NCBI RefSeq assembly: GCF_000007225.1
Contig: NC_003364.1
Coordinates: 720,001 to 752,000 of the forward strand
Direction of reading: 5' to 3'
Source of the DNA: Pyrobaculum aerophilum str. IM2
GTDB lineage: Archaea; Thermoproteota; Thermoprotei; Thermoproteales; Thermoproteaceae
Length of the DNA stretch: 32,000 nucleotides
This document shows, in pieces, positions 21,647 through 30,667 of this stretch. A model generated the notes under the pieces. The model was not told where the DNA came from. It saw nothing but the letters and a program-made list of their open reading frames with translations, and made no database searches. The position numbers and the translations under genes are program-made. How positions within the stretch are numbered: position 1 is the stretch's first letter; the number at the start of each line of letters is the position of its first letter.

Positions 21647-22891
21647 ATGCGGCCGGGTAAACAGCCAAAGCCCTTGCCTATGAATCACTCAGAGCGCATA
21701 GGGGGCGACCTCTGCGTAAAATGCCGGGGCGGCCGCTACCTCTGCGGGCTTTCCTACTGCCCACTGCTTGTACGCCAGCTCTCTGCGCCTTTTAAAATAA
21801 AGATAGGGAGGGAGCTATACGGCTCAAGTCCCCCCTCGTTTTTCGTAGGCAGAGCCGGCTACCCGAGGGTTAGGCTCTACCCGGCCGCCCCACCTGAGGT
21901 GGGGGACACTTCTGTCTACGAAAACCCGAAGTCTTGGCTCAATATGCCGCTTGAAAACTTCCTCGCCTTGCGTCTCTCGCTCTACCGGGCCTCTCTGCAG
22001 AGGAGAGTTGAAGACGCCTTTAATCCCCCACGCGATTTACAAGAGCTACAGCTCCTCGCCCTCTCTCAAAGCCCGGTGGACACCGAGGTGGTTTTTGAAA
22101 AAGAGCCCAGGGGGGCTTATTTTAACGAATACACGCCGCCTATGGGCCCTGCGGCTCCGGCTAAGAGCGTACGGGTGGTTGGCCAGCCGAAAATACCCAA
22201 AAGGGCTGAAAGGCTGTATGGAGATCGAGACGTCAAAGCCAGCGAGGCGGTAGTTGAGATGTACGCCTCGGGCCTCGACGTGAGTTACATCTCCAGGGCC
22301 TTAAGCGCAGGGGCCCTCGGCCGTAACAGGCGTTTAGTCCCCACGCGCTGGGCCATTACTGCTGTTGACAAAATACTATCCGATTATTTGTTACAGAGGG
22401 TGAGGGAGTTCCCAGAAATTGACGGCTACTATTTATACGCAAGGAGGACGGTGGGCAATTTATTCATAGCGATACTTGCCCCCTCTAAATGGGCATACGA
22501 GTGGGGAGAGGCCTTTGAGCCGCACACGGTGTGGAATCCCGGCGACTCGGTTGTGATTGAGACGGATTACGAGCTTTACCACGGGAGGAGGGACTACCCC
22601 GAGATTGGCGGCTGTTACTACGCGGCGCGTTTGGCAATGGCCGAGGCGCTGTACCGCATGAGAAGACAAGCTGCAGCCATACTATGGAGAGAGGTATATA
22701 CAGGTTTTACCATTCCTACTGGCGTGTGGTGGGTGAGAGAAAACGTGAGAGAGATGCTCAGAGGAGAACCTGCGAGGTTTGATACTTTAGAAGACGTTCT
22801 AGAGGCCGCCTCTTATTTAATGAAACTTCCCTTGGAGAATTGGCTGGCTATGTCGAGAATAGTACCGTTGTTAAAAAGCCGATTGTTATAA
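21647..22891 (+). CDS. Nre-family (DUF650/DUF651-like) putative DNA repair protein
   Basis: 414 aa. The N-terminal Cys motif 'CVKCRGGRYLCGLSYCP' followed by 'GSSPPSFFVGRAGYPRV' matches my memory of the archaeal NreA/NreB family. I could not see a clear C-terminal PIP box. Confidence 0.5.
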   Translation: MRPGKQPKPLPMNHSERIGGDLCVKCRGGRYLCGLSYCPLLVRQLSAPFKIKIGRELYGSSPPSFFVGRAGYPRVRLYPAAPPEVGDTSVYENPKSWLNMPLENFLALRLSLYRASLQRRVEDAFNPPRDLQELQLLALSQSPVDTEVVFEKEPRGAYFNEYTPPMGPAAPAKSVRVVGQPKIPKRAERLYGDRDVKASEAVVEMYASGLDVSYISRALSAGALGRNRRLVPTRWAITAVDKILSDYLLQRVREFPEIDGYYLYARRTVGNLFIAILAPSKWAYEWGEAFEPHTVWNPGDSVVIETDYELYHGRRDYPEIGGCYYAARLAMAEALYRMRRQAAAILWREVYTGFTIPTGVWWVRENVREMLRGEPARFDTLEDVLEAASYLMKLPLENWLAMSRIVPLLKSRLL

Positions 22892-22896
22892 ATATG

Positions 22897-23886
22897 TTAA
22901 TCGCTTCTTTGTAATTGTTTATTAAACGCGTCACATAACACGCCTCTTGTTAAACAAGCATATTTATAAAACTTATCTAATATCTTAGACTCGCGGTATT
23001 TTAAAACACTTTTGAGAGCTTTGCTTTTTATATCGCGCCAGTCGGCGTCTTCAGGCACTTCAATTTTTATTCTGATAATGACATGATCCTTATCGCTTTG
23101 CTCTGTATAGTCTACTGCAATTACGTTAAACTCGCTTAAAACCTCTTTAATTTCTTCCTCCAGGCGGTCGAAGTCTATTATTGAAAGAGGCAGTTCAACT
23201 CGAACATTTATGATCTTTCTTTCGCTCCACTTGGGAGTATAATCGACAACGCCTGAATTGAGGAGTATAGAATTTGGAATTCTTAGCTCCTGGCCCGTGT
23301 CCAGAATGAGCGTTGTGTAGAAAAGGCCGATCTCTACTACGCGGCCCTTATAGCCTGGCACGATATAATCAGGCGAGAAGTACTTATACGCAGGTAGAAA
23401 TGCCCATTGATACGGCAAACCCGTTGAGGCTATTCTCACTACGTCGCCAACAGTAACAAACCTAGTAGTGAGGACGACTAGCCCAGCGAATAGGTTTCCT
23501 AGCACTGGCTGTAAAGCCAAGCCCAGGATAAGGCCAGTCACAGTGCCGCCTAACACAGCTGCCTCAGCGCCGACTCTGCCTATTGTAAACGCTATTATTA
23601 CTGAGAATAAAAAACCGAGAATTTTTACGACGTTGCCCACAGAAAATGCTCTTTCCTTAAGCGTGGGTTTTAGGTGTATAATAATAGTGTTGCCTATAAT
23701 ATTAGAAACCACAACGCCGGTCACTACGGTGATGAGGGCAATAAGAGCGCCGTATATATCTGGCGTGATGCCCAAGCGAAGGTGAAAATCTAAGAATTTT
23801 ACCAGTTGATAAGTAGCGTAACTGGCGACGACCGCTACAGCAACTTTGCTAATGGCTAATAGCCACAGCCTCCTGGCGGAAGTCAT
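22897..23886 (-). CDS. mscS: small-conductance mechanosensitive channel (MscS family)
   Basis: 329 aa with N-terminal TM helices. Pore-helix signature 'GLILGLALQPVLGNLFAGLVVL', then 'FVTVGDVVRI...GRVVEIGLFYTTLILDTGQELRIPNS'. TATA-like 'ATTTATTAT' on the minus strand at about 23903-23915. Confidence 0.85.
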   Translation of the reverse strand: MTSARRLWLLAISKVAVAVVASYATYQLVKFLDFHLRLGITPDIYGALIALITVVTGVVVSNIIGNTIIIHLKPTLKERAFSVGNVVKILGFLFSVIIAFTIGRVGAEAAVLGGTVTGLILGLALQPVLGNLFAGLVVLTTRFVTVGDVVRIASTGLPYQWAFLPAYKYFSPDYIVPGYKGRVVEIGLFYTTLILDTGQELRIPNSILLNSGVVDYTPKWSERKIINVRVELPLSIIDFDRLEEEIKEVLSEFNVIAVDYTEQSDKDHVIIRIKIEVPEDADWRDIKSKALKSVLKYRESKILDKFYKYACLTRGVLCDAFNKQLQRSD

Positions 23887-24201
23887 GTGGGTGCTGGGGG
23901 GCTAGATAATAAATCTATGTGCTTGGCGCAATTTTCTTTCACTAGGCAATTCTCCTATTTAGATCTCACCTATACAACGATAAGAACCCGCTTAGTCCAG
24001 AGGCCAGTCTGGCGAGAATTCGCCTAACTGCCAACTTATCAAAGGCCTTATGACTACCCTGGCTTCTTTGGTAGATTCAAACAAGTAACGGAAATGGGTT
24101 TAACTTTGAATTTCGCTACAGTATGTAAGGGCCCTATTGGGTGTTGAGAATAGTCGCCCTGCTTAATGCTCACTCGGGCCACTGGCGCTAGGCTGAGCAC
24201 T

Positions 24202-25227
24202 TTAAGCATGTCTTAATGCCTTTTTAACCGCCTCTCTGTGTAATGGCGTCTGCCACGCCACGTCTTTACCAATGCCCAGCTCGGGATCTTTCTCCGGCGG
24301 CATTTCGCCGGCCCAAAACCAAGGGTCGCGGGGGTATAGCTCGTCTACTACTAAGTTTAGATTAACGAGCTTTTCAAGTAAGGGAATCCCCTCTCTCACT
24401 ATAAGCGAGTCTGGATCCTCAACGGCGCGATCTAAAAGCTTTTTTTCCACTTCGTCAAGCGAAGCGATGAACTCTCCCAGTTTTTTACTTTTAATAATAA
24501 CTTTAATGACTCTCTCCACATCCCAATCAGCCTTGTACAAGCTGGCGAGCACTTCAGGGTTTCCCCCTGTTATCCTCCAGACGTCTTCAAACGGAGGCTT
24601 CTCGCCCGGTATCTGCTCGTACAGCTGTTTAAAGCCCTCCTTTGGCATATTCCAAATAGGCGTTAAGTCGGCCCATCTATGCCGCCCGATCTCGCGCCTT
24701 GTCACTCCCTCGCTAGTCGCCACTACTACTACTATGGCGTCTACGCTTTGGGGCGGGTATTCTATTAGTCCCAACAGCCCCTTGACGTAGATGGCGGCTT
24801 TGTCGAGACCTATGGCTTGAAAGACGTCGTCTACTAAGACTGCAATTTTCCTCCTCCGCCTCGCTATGAGGAGTTTTGCGAGATCTATGGCGAGAGTGGC
24901 AAGTTTAATCTCCGCGCGGCCAACCGCCTCGGCCGCCGCCTCGGCGAGCCTCCTGGCCACCTCTTTTACATCTGTATGGGCTTGAAAATGCCGGTGAAGC
25001 ACGTCTACGTATATGACGTGGAAGCCGAGCTCCTTGAGCAACACCGCGCTTTGTCTTAGCCAAGCCGTCTTGCCGCAACCCTCAGGCCCAAATACTACTT
25101 GCGGGTGGCGCGTACTCTTCCCGGCCCACTCCTCTATTTTCCTAAGCGCAAGTTCTCGGTCTGTAAACTGTACTTCAATATCCGGCGCGAGGTGCAGTTT
25201 AATCCTCTCCACGAAATATGCATGCAT
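24202..25227 (-). CDS. archaeal P-loop ATPase (Arch_ATPase/COG1672-like)
   Basis: 341 aa. Walker A 'GPEGCGKTAWL' and Walker B-like 'IAVLVDDVFQ'. Overall layout resembles the decayed gene at 11970-13045. Confidence 0.65.
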   Translation of the reverse strand: MHAYFVERIKLHLAPDIEVQFTDRELALRKIEEWAGKSTRHPQVVFGPEGCGKTAWLRQSAVLLKELGFHVIYVDVLHRHFQAHTDVKEVARRLAEAAAEAVGRAEIKLATLAIDLAKLLIARRRRKIAVLVDDVFQAIGLDKAAIYVKGLLGLIEYPPQSVDAIVVVVATSEGVTRREIGRHRWADLTPIWNMPKEGFKQLYEQIPGEKPPFEDVWRITGGNPEVLASLYKADWDVERVIKVIIKSKKLGEFIASLDEVEKKLLDRAVEDPDSLIVREGIPLLEKLVNLNLVVDELYPRDPWFWAGEMPPEKDPELGIGKDVAWQTPLHREAVKKALRHA

Positions 25228-25636
25228 GTAATTTATATTCTCTACCAGGTCATTATTAGGGGTGTAAAGTACTTGGCGAGTTTAAAAACTAAAAACTCCT
25301 TGGGCACAAGCTGAAGATGTAGCCCAAAACCTTTGTAGCAATAAGGTGAAAAATTCGTACAAGGGAAAGTCAATATCCGATAAACGCCTGTCCTAAGCTT
25401 TTTTAGAGATCTTAAACGACAAATAAGGGCCCTTTATGCCCCTACTTTCATTGGCCTCGCCCTTCTAAAATCTCGACTCCTAATATATGCTTTTCTCAAT
25501 ATGATTAAGACAATGCTAACCGGCTTTAGGAATTTTCAATAGCTTAGTCTCGCCTACCAGCTCTCTTCAATAGATGATAATCTCTATCCCATCAGACTTT
25601 CTTTCGGGATTTCAGCATGGAGAACGCGTGGGCAAA

Positions 25637-25644
25637 TTTTATAT
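25637..25644 (+). promoter_or_regulatory. TATA box for tpsp
   Basis: 'TTTTATAT' is centred 26 nt upstream of the GTG at 25666. Confidence 0.5.
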
Positions 25645-25665
25645 CTCTCAGCATGAAAAAGCCGC

Positions 25666-27879
25666 GTGAGATTGATAATAGTTTCCAATAGGTTGCCTGT
25701 GGTCCTAACTGTTGGGGAGAGGGGCATGGAAATTAGAGAGGCAGTGGGAGGCTTAGCAACAGCTGTAAAGTCTTTTATAAAAGCTACAGAAAACGGCAAA
25801 GCTTTAGGCTTCTCAGAGGTTGTATGGGCAGGTTGGTCAGGGATAAAAGCTGAGCAGGAGAGTGAAGATCTAAAGTCAAGACTTAGAGAAATGGGCTTGT
25901 TACCTGTATCTCTAACTGCTGAAGAAGTCAACTTTTTCTACGAGGGATTTTGTAACTCTACGCTGTGGCCTCTATTTCACGGCTTTACTGTATACACCGT
26001 ATTTGAGAGTAAGTACTGGGAAGCCTATGTAAAAGTAAATCAGAAATACGCAGAGACTGTCGCCTCAGTGGCCAATACAGGAGACTTTGTCTGGATACAT
26101 GATTATCACCTCATGTTGATGCCTGCTATGCTGAGGGAAATGTCGCCAGACGTCAGCATAGGCTTTTTCCTACACATCCCCTTCCCCCCAGCTGAGATGT
26201 ATCAACTAATGCCGCCTCCTTGGCGTACAGCTTTACTCGACGGCGTTTTAGCCTCTGATTTAGTAGGTTTTCACATCCACGAATATGTGAATAATTTCGT
26301 ACGCGCAGTCTCAAAATTCCTGGGCTATCGGACTGAGGCAGGTGTCATTTACGCGGGGCGTAGGAAAGTACACGTAGGCGCCTTTCCTATTGGCATTGAC
26401 TTCGACTTTTTCTACAACTCTTCCCTAGACCCCGAAGTGGCGGGACAGATTGAAGAACTTAGACAAAAACTTAGGGGTTTAAAAATTATATTTTCCATTG
26501 ACAGACTGGATTATACGAAAGGCGTTATAAATAGAGTGCATGCATGGGAGAGATTTTTAAAAGAGCATCCCCAGTGGAGAGGCAAGGCATCGTTTATCCT
26601 TATAGTTGTGCCTTCAAGAATTGGAGTGCCTCAATATGACGCCATGAAGAGAGAAATAGAGAGAGAGGTGGGGCGTATAAATGGAGAGCTGGGCGATGTA
26701 AATTGGACTCCGATTGTATACATCTCCCGCTTCATCCCCACCCCAACGCTTCTCGCACTGTATAATATCGCAGATGTCGCGTTGATAACGCCACTTAGAG
26801 ACGGCATGAACTTAGTGTCTAAAGAGTACGTCGCCACTAAGAGAGATTGCAAAGGCGTTCTAATTCTCAGCGAAACGGCCGGCGCCTCCCACGAGTTGCT
26901 TGAAGCACTCATAGTTAACCCAAATGACGAAAGCGGCGTGGTAGAGGCAATAGCCAAGGCTCTAACCATGGAGCCTGAGGAGCAGTGCAGACGCATAAAA
27001 GCCATGCAAGAAAAACTTAGGCAACAAAACGTGGTGAAGTGGGCTGTGGACTTTTTACACTCGCTAATGTTAGCATATAGAGAAAATACAGAGAGCTTCA
27101 CTACATCTTCAAAACTATTAGACCGCGAGGCTATTGAGGAGATCGTAAAAATATTTCACGGCGCAAGGTCAAGGCTCCTGCTTCTCGATTACGACGGCAC
27201 GTTAGTGCCTCACTACCCCTATGCTTACCAGGCTGTGCCAGACGGCGAATTAAAACGTTTACTCAACTCTTTGGCGTTTCAGCCCAATACTTATGTTGCT
27301 GTGGTAAGCGGTAGAGGGAGGGACTTTTTGGAAGCTTGGCTGGGCGATTTGCCCATATATATTGTTGCAGAACACGGGGCGTTTATTAGAGACCCAGGGG
27401 GCAATTGGTCCCAGCTATTTCCATTTGACACAAGCTGGAAGATCTCAGTTAGAAAAATAATGGAAGAGTTTACAAGACTCACTCCAGGATCATATATAGA
27501 GGAAAAAGAGATTTCACTCGCATGGCACTATAGAAATGTAGAGCCTGAAATTGGAGAAAAAGCCGCCAATAGGCTAGCTGATGCCCTGACAGGGTTGCTT
27601 GAGAGCTCGCCGGCTAATATTATTCGCGGAGTTAAAGTAGTGGAAGTGAGGGCGGCCGGGGTCAATAAAGGGGTTGCGGCTAAATTGTTGTATGACAAGC
27701 TGAGGCCAGAATTGGTCATAATTGCAGGAGACGACTATACAGATGAGGAGATGATGAAGGCGCTACCTGAGGCCATTACTATAAAGGTCGGCAAAGGCGA
27801 AACCTCGGCGAAGTACATGGCGCCCTCGTACAGGAGGATACGGGAGCTACTACAAGCACTTCTAACGGCTCAGCGTTGA
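25666..27879 (+). CDS. tpsp: bifunctional trehalose-6-phosphate synthase/phosphatase (OtsA-OtsB fusion, TPSP)
   Basis: 737 aa. GT20 N-terminal part: 'LIIVSNRLPV', 'WIHDYHLMLMP', 'GFFLHIPFP', 'SIDRLDYTKG', 'TPLRDGMNLVSKEY'. HAD phosphatase C-terminal part: 'LLLLDYDGTLVP' (DxDGT, about 27181-27210), 'VVSGRGRD', 'AGDDYTDEEM'. Confidence 0.9.
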   Translation: MRLIIVSNRLPVVLTVGERGMEIREAVGGLATAVKSFIKATENGKALGFSEVVWAGWSGIKAEQESEDLKSRLREMGLLPVSLTAEEVNFFYEGFCNSTLWPLFHGFTVYTVFESKYWEAYVKVNQKYAETVASVANTGDFVWIHDYHLMLMPAMLREMSPDVSIGFFLHIPFPPAEMYQLMPPPWRTALLDGVLASDLVGFHIHEYVNNFVRAVSKFLGYRTEAGVIYAGRRKVHVGAFPIGIDFDFFYNSSLDPEVAGQIEELRQKLRGLKIIFSIDRLDYTKGVINRVHAWERFLKEHPQWRGKASFILIVVPSRIGVPQYDAMKREIEREVGRINGELGDVNWTPIVYISRFIPTPTLLALYNIADVALITPLRDGMNLVSKEYVATKRDCKGVLILSETAGASHELLEALIVNPNDESGVVEAIAKALTMEPEEQCRRIKAMQEKLRQQNVVKWAVDFLHSLMLAYRENTESFTTSSKLLDREAIEEIVKIFHGARSRLLLLDYDGTLVPHYPYAYQAVPDGELKRLLNSLAFQPNTYVAVVSGRGRDFLEAWLGDLPIYIVAEHGAFIRDPGGNWSQLFPFDTSWKISVRKIMEEFTRLTPGSYIEEKEISLAWHYRNVEPEIGEKAANRLADALTGLLESSPANIIRGVKVVEVRAAGVNKGVAAKLLYDKLRPELVIIAGDDYTDEEMMKALPEAITIKVGKGETSAKYMAPSYRRIRELLQALLTAQR

Positions 27880-29078
27880 GCTTTACTAATAATTAACTCG
27901 GCGAGTTTGACGGCGTTGAGCCCCTCAGCTTTTCTCCTCGCCTTAACTCCGATTTCCTCCCTCAGCTCTGGATCTCTAATGAGAGTGGAAATCCAGTTAA
28001 CTAGCCCGTTTATATCCTCAGGCCCTTCCAAGTGTATGCCGTCAACTCCATTAGTGATGTGCCAAACGGCCCTAGACGTGGGCGACGTAGCAAAAGGCAC
28101 GCCCGCATAGAGGTACTCTAAAGCCCGTATCCCAAATGGCTCAAAATACGATAGATCCATACCAACAAGCGACCACTTCATTACTGACGCCACAGTCCTC
28201 ATGTCATATTCCTCTAATAACACGAGGTTTTTAACTCCCCTGATCTCCCTCTTGAATCTCTCCTTTGCGCTGCCCGATCCCGCGACAACAAGCCCAATAT
28301 TGCCTATTGAAGACAACTTCTCAGCCGTTTTAACAAGGCCGCGAAGATTTCTATCTTCATCTAAAGGGCCGATGTATGACACGTAAAAATCGAAATTCTC
28401 TACATGTCGCAACTTGTCAACTGAGGGAATAAGATCTGCAAAATTGGGATCAATCCAGCATCTTGACTCGATGATTTTCTCACTGGGCACGCGGTATAGT
28501 CTTAGCTCCTCAGCCTCTCCTTGGCAACACACCACTATTAGATCAGCGTTTCGTAATATTTCGGGGAGTTGCAATGTTGACCACATTACCCGCAAGGCCG
28601 CTTCTATAGGCCTTGAAATTGGAAATTTAGTCGTGTAAATAGGCACAAAGACAAATGTAGCTCTCTTGGAAATCTCTCCAGTCGACAATAACGATTTCCT
28701 CACGCCAATCCACTTAGCCACCTCTTCGGGGCCGTTCCAAAAACTGGAGAACACCACAATTACGTCTAGGTCGTATTGCTTGTCAATCTCGTTTAAAATC
28801 CCTACGAAATTTCTAAAAACAATATTCGGCTGAAAAATCGGCCTACTGCTTAGAACTCTTATGGTTGGGACTCCAGACACGTCGTTTTCTACTTCTACAA
28901 ATCCCCTCTTGCTTTTTTCCACAACCTCCTCCTTCACAGCCAGTTGGTCATCGTGGTATATGCTCGTGATTAGCCACGCCTTATGTCCCAGTCTTTGAAA
29001 AGCTTTAACTAATATAGAGGCGGCTCTATGGGCATCTTCCCAGTGGGAACTCTGCGGCGATATTACTGCTATATTCAT
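27870..29078 (-). CDS. GT4-family glycosyltransferase (candidate TPSP-activating GT)
   Basis: 402 aa with a GT-B fold pattern. C-terminal 'EPFGIRALEYLYAGVPFATSPTSRAVWHITNGVDG' is the E-x7-E-type retaining GT4 motif. Its 3' end overlaps tpsp by 10 nt. Confidence 0.85.
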   Translation of the reverse strand: MNIAVISPQSSHWEDAHRAASILVKAFQRLGHKAWLITSIYHDDQLAVKEEVVEKSKRGFVEVENDVSGVPTIRVLSSRPIFQPNIVFRNFVGILNEIDKQYDLDVIVVFSSFWNGPEEVAKWIGVRKSLLSTGEISKRATFVFVPIYTTKFPISRPIEAALRVMWSTLQLPEILRNADLIVVCCQGEAEELRLYRVPSEKIIESRCWIDPNFADLIPSVDKLRHVENFDFYVSYIGPLDEDRNLRGLVKTAEKLSSIGNIGLVVAGSGSAKERFKREIRGVKNLVLLEEYDMRTVASVMKWSLVGMDLSYFEPFGIRALEYLYAGVPFATSPTSRAVWHITNGVDGIHLEGPEDINGLVNWISTLIRDPELREEIGVKARRKAEGLNAVKLAELIISKAQR

Positions 29079-29689
29079 TTTCTTCTCATAGTTTCAGCTA
29101 CTATCACCGCCACTACTGCCACAGCCAGACCCCATGTTATAGGCGTTAACATCATACTTAGCGTAGTGACGTTTATCCCTCCTTGTTCTAAGGCAAAGGT
29201 AATGACTACAAGGTATAGAATTATCCTTATATATTCGGCGACTGCACTAACGATAACCTCGCTTTTTGACAAAGCACCCTTATAAATATACTCAACAAAA
29301 CTATCAACTAATATAAAACCAATTATTGAAATAATAAAAAATTTAATAAAGCCATATATATAGATATTTAATATATTAAAAGCTAATTGATAAATTTCTG
29401 CATATGATAGATTTAATGCAAGATAGGCAATTGCTAGGAGAATGGCCACAATATAAGTTATCCACGCGGCTATCGAGCCGAAGAACTCGCCAGCTGTATA
29501 CCCAGAGCGTAACAAGACGCGGCCAATATTTAGATTTCTAAACCAGTCATTAAAACCAGTGCGTCGAAGTAGACGAATTAAAGCGTGTCTTATGACTTTG
29601 CCCAAGGCGTAACCAGCTACAACAATCAATAACGATATGGCTACGTAGAATACAGTTGCCCATATATTCATTATGACGCTATATGCCAC
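29075..29689 (-). CDS. polytopic membrane protein, possibly an MSC-like 'conserved TM helix' channel protein
   Basis: 204 aa with 5-6 hydrophobic helices. The N-terminal helix followed by the basic 'GKVIRHALIRLLRRTGFNDWF' resembles the TM_helix repeat seen N-terminal to MscS-type channels (from memory). ATGA overlap with the GT gene start (29075-29078). Confidence 0.5.
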   Translation of the reverse strand: MAYSVIMNIWATVFYVAISLLIVVAGYALGKVIRHALIRLLRRTGFNDWFRNLNIGRVLLRSGYTAGEFFGSIAAWITYIVAILLAIAYLALNLSYAEIYQLAFNILNIYIYGFIKFFIISIIGFILVDSFVEYIYKGALSKSEVIVSAVAEYIRIILYLVVITFALEQGGINVTTLSMMLTPITWGLAVAVVAVIVAETMRRK

Positions 29690-29972
29690 TTTTTAATAAA
29701 CATTAAGTGCGTAAGAATTGACCGTTGAAAGCTCCTTGACGCCAAGACTCTCATAAATCGGCGGGAGATCATTGGCACATACATTGAATTCGCGAATGTT
29801 AGTAAGGTAAATCAATAAAAGTTGTGCCCGTATACTAAAGTTATACGTACAGGTATTTTTGTCTAAAAATCTGCTATTATTTCACCATCTTAATATAACA
29901 CATCAATAGCCCCCAGCCGACGCCATTAAGCTTCGCCAGAGTGAACTAATGCTGAGTTGCCGGCCTTCGTAA

Positions 29973-29984
29973 AAATTTAAATTA
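29973..29984 (+). promoter_or_regulatory. TATA box for the repeat-protein/treT operon
   Basis: 'AAATTTAAATTA' is centred 24 nt upstream of the GTG at 30002. Confidence 0.45.
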
Positions 29985-30001
29985 GATACCAGGGATATGA
30001 C

Positions 30002-30667
30002 GTGAAACTTGGGGCTAAGGCCCTAGACACTTCAGGTCGGGGTGAGCCGTTTAAATTCTACACTGCCTACTATCTCTCATTTTATAGCAAAAAACGGGCG
30101 AGAACATTAAGAGAACTATTAGAAGGCATAAAGATCGCTGATAAAAACACCTTATTTCACCACTTATTTCATACAATTCGATCAAAACACTTAATACCTC
30201 CTAGATATTCCAACGACTTTGCCCGCTGGGTCGGCGAAGAGGTAGGAGATGAGGAACTTGCTGCAGCGCTTTCGGATATCTCTGGCGCAGAGCCGGCAAC
30301 AATTGAGGATATTAGGAAAGAAATTATTGCTATAATGGAGCCTTATGCTGATGATAGGCGTGGAAAGTCGGAGTTTGTTTTCGTAGCCATGGAGCCTGTG
30401 GTGATAGAAACTGACTATGTCGCTAGGACACTTGGCGACTTTCTAGATCTAATAGAAGTTGTGCCCGGAGAGTCTGTGATTTACCACTTTGTCACAAGAA
30501 GGGTGTTAGAAGGCACTGGCCGTAACGACTTCTCCATTTGGCTAGAGAAAAACTTCGGGCTGACCGAAGTTGCCGCTGCGTTGAGCAAAATAGATCCATT
30601 GATGTACAACAGTGAGGAAGCGCTTAGGAGAGACATAATTAAGACGTTGAAAAAGTGGTTGCTATGA
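30002..30667 (+). CDS. uncharacterised protein with an internal tandem duplication, translationally coupled to treT
   Basis: 221 aa. Residues about 16-112 and about 124-216 align with each other: 'F.F...AR TL..(L/F)L..I...(H/Y)H(L/F)...NDF..W...(L/V)AAALS.I...E..R..II'. The stop TGA (30665-30667) overlaps the ATG at 30664 as ATGA. Confidence 0.6.
   Translation: MKLGAKALDTSGRGEPFKFYTAYYLSFYSKKRARTLRELLEGIKIADKNTLFHHLFHTIRSKHLIPPRYSNDFARWVGEEVGDEELAAALSDISGAEPATIEDIRKEIIAIMEPYADDRRGKSEFVFVAMEPVVIETDYVARTLGDFLDLIEVVPGESVIYHFVTRRVLEGTGRNDFSIWLEKNFGLTEVAAALSKIDPLMYNSEEALRRDIIKTLKKWLL

Noticed and set aside
25099-25931. ORFs 25099-25314 (+) and 25584-25931 (-), which reach into the large divergent spacer
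   Set aside because: Each mostly overlaps a well-supported gene (the ATPase or tpsp) on the opposite strand. The parts inside the spacer are short and have no protein-like features.
30348-30414. C/D box sRNA: 'CUGAUGA' at 30348-30354 and 'CUGA' at 30411-30414
   Set aside because: It lies inside a CDS on the sense strand. There is no D' box at the expected 12-nt distance and no terminal pairing.
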